This document shows, in pieces, positions 52,872-62,700 of a DNA stretch of 64,000 nucleotides. The notes beneath the pieces are model-generated. The model was not told where the DNA came from. It made no database searches and saw only the letters and a program-made list of their open reading frames with translations. This DNA comes from Diplonema japonicum (lineage: Eukaryota; Protista; Euglenozoa: Diplonemea). The stretch is taken from contig OZ025724.1 of the NCBI GenBank assembly GCA_964019335.1, positions 186,001-250,000 on the forward strand, given 5' to 3'. Position numbers and translations under genes: made by a program. Each line of letters starts with the position of its first letter. Positions within the stretch are counted from its first letter, which is position 1.

Positions 52872-54576
52872 CCCCTAAAGGCCCGCGCGGACGTTTTTGT
52901 CCTTATTTCAAAATTTGCTTTTTCGCTAAGTACTTTTTTTTGAACACGGCCCCTGGACTTCAAAATATGGCATTGTTGCGCGGTTTATTTTGTCTTGGAA
53001 CTACATTTTGCGTTAAAAATTTTGTTTTAATTGAAACCGGCAGGGTTGGCTTAAAATGAAATCAGATGGTCAAAATAGCAGCGAAAACGTGAGTCTCCCC
53101 CGACTGGTCAGATAAAGAAGAAAAAGACGATGAGGCGGTCAAAGAGGGGCCGGAAACGATGCTTAGGTGGGAGAAATACTCCCAAAGGCCCAAAACATAT
53201 CATTTCCGTGAAAAGGTGGGCTTAGGACACCTCTAGGTGAAGCGGCCAATGAGGAGAATGTTTTAAATCTTTTTTTTTGCACACGCGGTACTTGCTAGCT
53301 TATAGTTTCTTCCACGAACGGTCGTTTCGATTCAAAAAAACAGCGGAATCTGGATCCTTCCATCCCAGAGTACAAAATTTAGCTTGGGTTGGTCCTGTTA
53401 ATGGGTTTACGCTCGGCACCGAACATGAAGAGCTACTGGACAACAAATTCTACTTTAACCATCCCGGTTTTTAAGAAAATGAGCAAACCGATTCCGTTGA
53501 CATACAGCGCTACCTCACCTTTGACAACCTGGAAAACAATTGGAAGGCCTGAAACTGCACCTCATGCGCAGGTTTCTTGACATCATTGTCAACCGGTGTA
53601 GGACTGTGCGGACCCCTGGCAAGTGGTTGTCTGTTGACGACAGTGTTATCCCGACAACAACAAAAGTCATGGCACCACGAAAAAGCAACTCGGTGGGCAT
53701 CAAGGTAATCGCTACATGCGACCCAACACAGGACCTAGTCATGCGTGCTGTCGACTCCTAAGGGTTTGCTGTCGACCCCTGACCGGCAAGACCAGCTCCG
53801 GGGGACTGGAGATCGGCATATGAAAACCCGGAAGTGGACCATGGTCGTTTTTTATTGGGTCCTGAAAGCTGTGTTGCCAACTCCTCCATAATCTGGAAGA
53901 AGAGCAGGGAATGTGGCAAAAATTATGGCTTCCCGAGCTTCAAAGAAGAACTTGTTGACAAGCTTCTCGCCCATGCCCCAAAAACCGATAGCACACACCC
54001 CCGACAACACCGTCACCGACCCCCAAGCGCAAACACGCTAGCAATGAGGATTCCCTCACTCAGAAATACCCAAAACGTCTCGATTTGACCCTAAATCACA
54101 CCTCCGAGACCATGATGAACGGAACGAAGGTGGTGCTCTGTGCTGTTCCTGGGTGCGGGAAGAAGGTGCAAACGTGGTGCCCCTGTTGCAAAACCCCCTT
54201 ATGCAAAACGTGTTTTTTACCCTTGCATGCTACAAGTTGCTTTTTTCATCCCACAGCCCCAAAAAGTCTCCAGACTGACCTCAATCCTAGAGTTCAGGGC
54301 ACCAAATAGGGCTGAATGCTCCCCTATTTAGCCCAGCCATAACTCCACGGACCCCCCACGACATGACCCCCCAAAATCGGACATAAAAAGTACCCCCTCA
54401 ACCCCCCTCTTACACACATAGTTAAGTGTTCTCATCTGAATCTGGCACCTGGAATTGAAAATTTTAGTGCCGTTTACCCTTTCCTTGCACCTTCCCATGG
54501 TTGTCTGCCCTTTTTTTGAGTATTCAAAGCAACAACGAAAATGGGGTACCGTAGATAGGCTCCGGGCCTTTAGGGG
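52872..54576 (+). mobile_element. Defective piggyBac-type DNA transposon (1705 bp)
   Basis: 14-bp TIRs CCCCTAAAGGCCCG / CGGGCCTTTAGGGG flanked by TTAA and TTAT. Fragmented transposase: WLSVDDSVIP, KSNSVGIKVIATCD, Cys-rich CAVPGC..TWCPCCKTPLCKTCFLPLH. Confidence 0.9.
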
Positions 54577-54836
54577 TTATCGAAGTTATAAAAGAAGCAG
54601 AAAATACCACGCAAAACCTCGCGTTAGCCCAAGACACACGTTAAGAAGGATACGCTATGTCAGCTGAACAAACACAACACAAAGGTGATGCCCACGAGAC
54701 CTAGCGGGATATACTTTCTGCCTTCACCATCTGCTGGTGGCGGCAGCAGATAAGGGACAGCAAATGTTTTGGAAGTGGGCAGTAACCTCCTCTTTCAACA
54801 ACTGGCATCTTGCCAAAGAAATGCTTTGTAGCACCT

Positions 54837-56162
54837 TTAAAGAAGGCATGTCGGATTGCAGTCCCTGGGGCCCGTGGAGCCTGTCTTGTACTCACAAGGG
54901 ACGTAGTTGTTCGGAGCAGCAGGTGAGGTGCTGCTGTGCTGGTGCCACCACTTGCTGAAGGCATCTCGAATGGTCACACCCCTCACCTTAAAAGTCATCC
55001 ACTGGTGGTCGTTAGTCCCCTCGCAGTGAGTGTGGCACGAGTGGATGAAGGCGCCGTTCCCGTTCTTGTTGTACGTGCCGGCAGACTGCATGTCCGCCTT
55101 GAAGTCGGTGATGTACTTGTTCATTGTCACCATCTGTGTCGAGTTGCAGTTGTCAGGGTTCTCTTGGCAGCTCTGCCACGGCCCGAGTGCATTGCAGTCA
55201 CCGTTCCCTGTCGACGTCTGGTTGGGGAAGCCAGGCTCCAGCTCTGAGGTGTAGATACATTCTGTCTGCCACGAGTCGTACCCGGAGTTAATTGCGAGGA
55301 AAGGAGCCTGGATGTGGGGGTAGGTGTACTGGGCGAAGTTGCACTTCCACTGCTCGTCCGCAGGGTACGCCGCGATGCACGCATCGTTCACGCCGTGCGT
55401 GCTGTTCGCCACGTGAAAGATGTTCTTCATCTGTGCCTCGTACACAGGCTGGCCGAGAATGTTCTGATGATTCAGGAAAAAGCCCGAAACCGATGCTGCC
55501 TTGAACGTGTTTAGAGTAGGGACGTTCGTCTTCAGCCACTGGTGCACGTAGTCAGTGTGGAGGTAGGTGGCGAGCCCACCAGCCGAGCACCCTGTGAGGA
55601 GGACTTCCGTGGCGTTCACCAGTCCCAAGGGCATGAGGGACTCAAGTACAGCATCGATGATGCGACGCCCACGGAAGTACAGAGGCTTCCCCTTCACAAC
55701 GAGGGGTTCGTCACGGTTCCCCGTGAAGCTGTTCCCGTCGCAGTAGGCAATGTACACTCTGTTGAAGTTGCAGAAGTCTGGGTTCACCGTGCAGTTGAAG
55801 GACATGGGCCCTCCAGTTCCAGCAGCGTGGGGCCACTTCTTCGAGCTGCCGAGGGCGGTGCTTGACCTCCCGTAGCAGTCCATGTCGTCGTAGCACCACC
55901 CTCCTCCTTCGAAGTAGATCTGCCAGTGCTTTTTATTTGCGGTGTTGCCTGGTGCGAGGTAGAACCCTGCGGGGGTCCCGTCCAGACATACTGCTCCATC
56001 TGCAACTTTGTCGTTCATCAAGTGAAGGTACATCGCTCCATCGAAGTTGTCTCCAAACTGCGTATTCTCGAAATCCCTGTCGAAAAACCCAGCACCCTTC
56101 GATGCAGGGGCGTACTTTGCGGCACACACCACCGCGAAGCTGAGCAGATACCCTGCTTTCAT
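54837..56162 (-). CDS. Pectin acetylesterase-like, copy 7 (441 aa)
   Basis: Start MKAGYLL as in copy 4; GCSAGG, HCE. Confidence 0.9.
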   Translation of the reverse strand: MKAGYLLSFAVVCAAKYAPASKGAGFFDRDFENTQFGDNFDGAMYLHLMNDKVADGAVCLDGTPAGFYLAPGNTANKKHWQIYFEGGGWCYDDMDCYGRSSTALGSSKKWPHAAGTGGPMSFNCTVNPDFCNFNRVYIAYCDGNSFTGNRDEPLVVKGKPLYFRGRRIIDAVLESLMPLGLVNATEVLLTGCSAGGLATYLHTDYVHQWLKTNVPTLNTFKAASVSGFFLNHQNILGQPVYEAQMKNIFHVANSTHGVNDACIAAYPADEQWKCNFAQYTYPHIQAPFLAINSGYDSWQTECIYTSELEPGFPNQTSTGNGDCNALGPWQSCQENPDNCNSTQMVTMNKYITDFKADMQSAGTYNKNGNGAFIHSCHTHCEGTNDHQWMTFKVRGVTIRDAFSKWWHQHSSTSPAAPNNYVPCEYKTGSTGPRDCNPTCLL

Positions 56163-56314
56163 ATTCTTATTTTTATTTCTTTTTTGTTTTTGTTTCGTTT
56201 TGTTCCCCGTATTACCTGTTTCTCTGTTTACACCTTTTTTTTCATTTTCTTTTAAAAAAGAATAAACATAAAAAAAAAAAAAGAACTTAGATCTTTCCCT
56301 TAATCTTGAGATTG

Positions 56315-56347
<33 letters not shown>

Positions 56348-56960
56348 AAAAAGAAAGTGACAAATCTTTTTACCATTTTTCTACGTTTCTTTTTTTTTTT
56401 TTTTTTTTTTTTATAAAGCGTTGTTATTGCTATATTTCTTTTTAAAGGAAACGGGTTTTTTTTATTTTTTATTTTTTGAAGGATCTCAATAAAAAAGTTG
56501 CCTTTGTAGTGGGGGATTGCGGTATGTGACACCCACCGACACCCTGTGAAGATTCGCCAATCACAGCCACCTCACCAGGGGGGAGGGAGGGCTCAATTTG
56601 AAATCGGTGTGAAGCCCATTCTCAATTGCCACGCTAAAAAGGCTGTCGCATCGTTGAAGTACAAAGCAACGAGCGAGAACGGTCTTAAGATTAGAAATGC
56701 GGCATTGAAGGGGGGGGGGGGGGGGGGGGGAACAAAGAAAGAAAGAAAATCTCACGTTGGTGGGTAAGAAAAAGAAAATACACGCAACACAAAAAAGAGG
56801 TTTCGTTTATAAAAAAATGGACAGAAAAGTGTCCAAAAAAACAAAAAAAAAAAAAAAAGAGTTTCATTCAGCATCAGTAAGGGGGATACACTGCACACTT
56901 GGGGGGGAGGGGGGATTTTGGAAAACGAAAAAACAAAACGTTAGTGATCAGAGAGTCCTC

Positions 56961-58304
56961 TCAGTTTCCAGGGTTCAGGCATGTCGGATTGCAGTCCCTG
57001 GGGCCTGTAGTGCCTGTCTTATAGTCACAGGGCGAGTAGTTGTTCCCTGAAGCGGGTGCTGTAACCGGTCCGTTCCACCAGGTGCTGACAGCCTCTTGCA
57101 TAGTGATGCCCCTCACTGTGAAGCCTGACCACAGATTGCTGCTCTGCGCCTCGCAGTGAGTGTGGCACGAGTGGATGAAGGCGCCGTTCCCGTTCTTGTT
57201 GTACGTGCCGGCAGACTGCATGTCCGCCTTGAAGTCGGTGATGTACTTGTTCATCGTCACCATCTGTGTCGAGTTGCAGTTGTCAGGGTTGCCCACGCAG
57301 TTCTGCCACGGCGACACTGCATTGCATTGTCCGTTCCAGGTGACTGTCTGGTTGGGGAAACCGGGCACCAGCTTCGCAGCGTAAATGCAGCCCGTCTGCC
57401 ACGAGTCGTACCCGGAGTTCAGGGCGAAGAAAGGAGCCTGGATGTGGGGGTAGGTGTACTGGGCGAAGTTGCACTTCCACTGCTCGTCCGCAGGGTACGC
57501 CGCGATGCACGCATCGTTCACGCCGTGCGTGCTGTTCGCAATTTGGAAGATGTTCTTCATCTGTGCCTCGTACACAGGCTGGCCGACCAAGTTGTTGTGG
57601 TCCAAGAAAAATCCCGAGATCGATGCTGCCTTGAACACCTTAAGGGGAGGGACGTTCGTCTTCAGCCACTGGTGCACGTAGTCAGTGTGGAGGTAGGTGG
57701 CGAGCCCACCAGCCGAGCACCCTGTGAGGAGAACATTCTCGGCGTTCCAAAGCCCCATGGGTATGAGGGTCTGAAGCACAGCATCGATGATGCGACGCCC
57801 ACGGAAGTACAGAGGCTTACCCTTCACAACGAGGGGTTCGTCACGGTTCCCCGTGAAGCTGTTCCCGTCGCAGTAGGTAAGAAACACACGGTTGAAGTTG
57901 CAGAAGTCGGGGTTGATGGCGCAGTTGTCCGACATGATACCCCCGACGCCCATGGTCGAAGCCCAGTGGGTGGAGCTCCCCAGTCCGGTGCTTGACCTCC
58001 CGTAGCAGTCCATGTCGTCGTAGCACCACCCTCCTCCTTCGAAGTAGATCTGCCAGTTGTTTCTGTCTTTAACGTCAGCCGCTGGGGAGAAGTAGAACCC
58101 TGCGGGCGACCCGTCCAAGCACACCGCACCTTGGGCCACCTTGTCCTCCATCAGGTGCAAGTCCATGGTCAGCCCGAGGCCTTTCTTATCACCGAACTTC
58201 ACGCCCTTGAAGTCCATGTCAAAGTTCCCCGCACCCTTCCAGCTTGGCGCATGCTCGGAGTTAGCCAGCACAGCGATGCCAAGCAGCAGTGTTGCCTTCA
58301 TCAT
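56961..58304 (-). CDS. Pectin acetylesterase-like, copy 8 (447 aa)
   Basis: Start MMKATLL; GCSAGG, YDSWQ, HCE. Confidence 0.9.
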   Translation of the reverse strand: MMKATLLLGIAVLANSEHAPSWKGAGNFDMDFKGVKFGDKKGLGLTMDLHLMEDKVAQGAVCLDGSPAGFYFSPAADVKDRNNWQIYFEGGGWCYDDMDCYGRSSTGLGSSTHWASTMGVGGIMSDNCAINPDFCNFNRVFLTYCDGNSFTGNRDEPLVVKGKPLYFRGRRIIDAVLQTLIPMGLWNAENVLLTGCSAGGLATYLHTDYVHQWLKTNVPPLKVFKAASISGFFLDHNNLVGQPVYEAQMKNIFQIANSTHGVNDACIAAYPADEQWKCNFAQYTYPHIQAPFFALNSGYDSWQTGCIYAAKLVPGFPNQTVTWNGQCNAVSPWQNCVGNPDNCNSTQMVTMNKYITDFKADMQSAGTYNKNGNGAFIHSCHTHCEAQSSNLWSGFTVRGITMQEAVSTWWNGPVTAPASGNNYSPCDYKTGTTGPRDCNPTCLNPGN

Positions 58305-58779
58305 GTTGTCCTGTTTGGTTCGCTCTTTTTCTTCTTCCCACGGGGATGATAACAGGTATTTAAAAAAAAAAAAAAAGAAAGAAAAAAAAAAGAGTGTGAC
58401 TTTTTTGTTTGTTTTGTTTTTTTTTTCCAGTGGGGATATGCAGTTAGTGACACAACCGAACACCAAAAAAGAAAGAAGAAAAATTATAAGAGATAAGATA
58501 AAGGAGGCCAGGTGTTGGTGGCACTCCTGCACAAGCACCATCTGCGACTACAGGGTGGGGGAGGGAGATGAGGACGCATCACAGGTCGAACTTGTAGCCT
58601 TGCTTTCGCTTCTGCATCCTAAGACAGTCCCCCCCCGGGTAGCCAAGATTTTGTGTTTCTTTTTTTTTTAAAGTGCAGGTTTGCCTACTTTGTTTGCAAG
58701 AAACGCTTTCTTTTCGGAGAAGCAACTCATAACGTAGTAAAGGGGGATCTTTTTTTTTTTTTTTTTTTTTTTTTTGCTC

Positions 58780-59376
58780 TCAAAGGAATATAGAAATAAA
58801 CCCAAGCAAGAAGAGCAATAACAACGAGGGGCGGAGCCCACTTGTGAGGGACACCAGTGAACGCCTCGAGACGACATATGCTGAGTACAGGGGCTTTGTG
58901 GGTAGCGTCTCTAAGAAATCAGTTACGAAAAGGTCGAAATCCCGATTAAGATTGTACCCCTGAGGGAATACAATGGTAACAGTCAATGTGTAATCGCCTT
59001 GATTCGTGAGAACAGCGGATAGGGTGACCTGTTCCATGGGCAGCCAGCGTTCGTTCTCCTTGAGCAAGGCTTCGGTGATCGACGCGGAAGAATAGTCGGC
59101 GAGCAAATAATAATTCTCGTACACCCTCTCGGCGTCCAAGATCGTGTTCCTGCACCACCCCACAGGGCACCCCAGCTGCTTCGTTCCCGCTTCACAACCT
59201 TCAACAGCCTCCATTGTGCATAAGGTGTGCAGCATACATTGATAAGGCCGTTGCAAACACTCGCACCCACCACCTTTGTTTAAACAAGACGAGAATTCAT
59301 CGGACTCTACACACTTCAAAAGGCCTCCAGTGTTGCACCCTATCACGGCTGCTAGTAAAGCAGCAACGAGAATCAT
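58780..59376 (-). CDS. Secreted Cys-rich protein, probably GPI/TM-anchored (198 aa)
   Basis: Signal peptide, Cys-rich N-terminal domain, hydrophobic C-terminus SLLLLFLLGFISIFL. Confidence 0.7.
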   Translation of the reverse strand: MILVAALLAAVIGCNTGGLLKCVESDEFSSCLNKGGGCECLQRPYQCMLHTLCTMEAVEGCEAGTKQLGCPVGWCRNTILDAERVYENYYLLADYSSASITEALLKENERWLPMEQVTLSAVLTNQGDYTLTVTIVFPQGYNLNRDFDLFVTDFLETLPTKPLYSAYVVSRRSLVSLTSGLRPSLLLLFLLGFISIFL

Positions 59377-59728
59377 TTTATCTTCTTTTCTTTTTGGCAG
59401 TAAAATATCTAAAAAAAAAAAAAAAAAAAAAAAAAAATTAACCGCCCCATATCTCTAAAACCCGTCTTTAGTAGTAGGGAAAAGATTTTCGGGAGAATTT
59501 TTTTTTTTTTTACCAAGGGGTTTGGCGTTCGTTTTCAATGCGAAAAAAAAAAAAAAAAAAAAACCACTGGGGTGTTCAAATCATTGAAGAGAGTCGCGAA
59601 ACGAGTTCATTTTTTTGTTTTACAAACAGGTTTTAGAGATTATGGGGCACAAAACTTATCTTATTGTGTAAATAGAGTTCTACCCTTTCTTTTTTTTCTT
59701 TTTTGTTTCTTTCTTCTTTTTTTTTTTT

Positions 59729-62700
59729 TTAGATCATCCCCGCCGCCTTAAGGTACGCGACGCCGATGCAAACCACAATTACGGACGATATTGCAGAGAC
59801 AATTGCCACGGTCCAGTAGTGGCGGTAAATGCACCACCGGCCCCAAGCGAAAAGGTTAAACGGCCAGAAGTCGACTGGTGGCCGGTCGGGCTTGGTTATG
59901 GCGATGACCTTTTTCGATTTCTTCTGCGCATCGCTGAGGTCTGCAAGCTTCCGCGTCGGCCAGGTAGTGACCTGATCCCACGCATCAGCCCCCTCAAGGC
60001 AGTCATCTTGTTCCAGCTCCTTGCTCAATTCCTTGGAGACAAGCTCCATATGTACAGACAGCTGAGCCATCGTCTCTTCACCTCGTTTAGGGTGTGTAAG
60101 GTTAATCCATTTCCCACCCTTTTCAGCGGGCAGTTGTATTGTGATAGGTTTCCGACCCTTAGCATCCAATGCGCGGTCGAAAAATGCTTTCAAGTTGAAC
60201 ACATTCTCCGTGATGGCGTCCGGACCGAAAAGACCCAAGAATTTCGTGGAGTATACGTTCAGCTGAATGAAGTGGAACTTGCACGGCAGGGTGACGGGCA
60301 GCACCATCCGCCAATTGTAGTTCGCAGACATATTCTCAAACGACACACATCGCTGCGAATCGGTGGCGGAGGAAGGACACCGGTCCTCTTCGGCTTCCGG
60401 GAAGCACCACTTCGCTGTTGCTGCGACCTGAATGTTCAACCCACCTGGGCAGCAAACTACACCAGGAGGGCTATCATCAGCCGGGCCTCTTAAACACGGG
60501 AAGCACGGGATCTTCCCAAGAAACCCGAGCTGCATGGTTGGAATCTCCTCTCCTTCATGGTCTGGTGGCGGGCGTACATCTTTCAAATCCATAACAGTGA
60601 GGCGTAGTTCGAAGTCCATCGGGCCGGGGCCTTTAATGTTCATGGGACGGTGTTTTTGCGCGACGTCCATGTCAAGAACTTGCACAAACATCTTGACCTT
60701 TCCCATGGGAGCTCGCGACGTGTGCGAAGCGAGGGAACGCTGCTCAGTGGGCCATGTGGAGTACTCCCATCGGTCCTTCCACGTTGCGAAGTAGTTGTCG
60801 TAGGCAAGGTCTTCAATGTCGAACTTTGTGTAGCCGATTTCAGTTTCGGTTGTTGTGAAGATTCCTTCATCACGGTCGACAAGGGTCATCGTAGCCACCC
60901 CTGCACCCGGGAGGAACACGGCAACATCGGAAAACGTGTGGCGAAAATTTGGTGCCAGCGTTCGTAGCACCATAGGCCAGGCTGTGGCGTTACCACCGGA
61001 CGGTGGGTAACTCTCTTCCAGCATTTCAGCGCCTGACGGGATCGATAGCTTCAGAGTGGGATTCGTGTCGTTCCCCCGTTGCCCGACTAGGTAGTACGCG
61101 TTGTATACGTATGTTCGGCAAACGAGTTCTTTCGGGCTGAAGGTCTCCTCCCATTCTTCTTGTCTTGTGTCCCAGTACCATTGGATGACCTCCCCGCCGC
61201 GTTCGAGTGGTGTCGTCGGGACCCTTTCATGCTCCGTCTCGTCGATGTCAGATATGTCGCTTTGATCGGATTCCTCTTCTTCCTCGTCATCGGAGTTGTT
61301 CGAGCAGCAGGGTTCTGGCGGGACGTCGACATCCTCCCTGTAGTCAATCCCGATGTAGAACAACGGGTGTTCGTTTTGCGGGCGGGTGGCGTATTTTTTC
61401 TTGTTGTGTAGTAGATCGACGATCGGGTATTTTCCGTCGGGGTCCGACCATTCCAAGATTTGCTCCGCGGAGCCAAACTGCGCCAGCGCGCCGAGCTCCC
61501 CGTCGGGTTCGCCGCGTATCGAGCCCCATTTCCCGTTAACAAGCGACGTGAACTCTTTCCCAGGGATCTCCATGGGTTTTAAAACCCTGAACCGGCCTTT
61601 AAATACACCGGATGTGACGAGCTTCGGGCGTCGATCGAATGTTAACGAAAAGGGGTTGAACGCGACGGGAGCCTGGCGTTTTATAAGGTAACGGTTGTAA
61701 GGGAGATGCTTCAGGTTGTCGTCGTAAGGCCCGTCGTACCCGAAGCAAGGCTCGTGGTCTTCTGCGTCCTCGTCGGGGCGGTCGTCTTCAAGGAGTGGGT
61801 TGGTGTTGTCTGGTTCGCGTTTTCGTTTTTTCAGCTCGTCTTGGATTTTTTGTGCTTCGGCTTCGTCGTCCGTCTCGTCGTCGTCACCGCTTTCGCCCTC
61901 CACCTCTGGCTCGTCCATGTCAACCTCGGCGCCGTCGACGTTTGCTCCTTTGTCGACTGCAGCAGCGGGGTCAATTCCATTTCGTTCTAATGCTAGCTTG
62001 AGATGCTCGTCACGAACGCCCTTCACCTTCACGCCTTGTTCTGCTAGAACGTCAGATAGCTTTTGATCGAACATTCCGATGAGCCTGTCCTTGCCATCAC
62101 GCACTTCTACCACTACGTTGGGCACGTACCTCCTGTCCACGGGGTAGTTGAACTTCAAATACCCCACCATTCCGTAGTGTGGGTTCGTCCCGTTCGGTTC
62201 ATCCACACCGGGCAGCAGTTGTGTTTGCATCATCGGCAGCGACAGATATTTCTGTTTTCTGTCCATCAAGTCCTCGTCCGTGTATATAGAACGCTTGTTC
62301 GTGTTGATCCATTCGTAGTCCACAACGTCCTCCCATTCTGCAAACCCGCATTTTATCCTTATCTTCGTTCCCGAAACTGGGGTGTGAGAGAACAATCCGG
62401 GGAGTGGTTCTAAGTCGCGGAGGCCCAGCATGCTGTACTCTAGTATCATGGGTTCGAATTGGATGAAGGGTATCAGGGATCCGTTTTCGGGTAGCTTGTG
62501 GTGTTTTTCTTTGGAGAGGTTGGGGTGCATGATGTCGAAGGAGATGAGGATCTCCCCAGCTGGTATTTTCTTGCCGTCGATGATGTCATAGAGAGACTGC
62601 CATTTCGGTTTGCGGGGTTTGTAGACCTCCCATTGGTTCACGATTATCTTGTTGCTGATCTCGAACTCCGTGCGGCCGATGATTGTGTCTGATGAGAATC

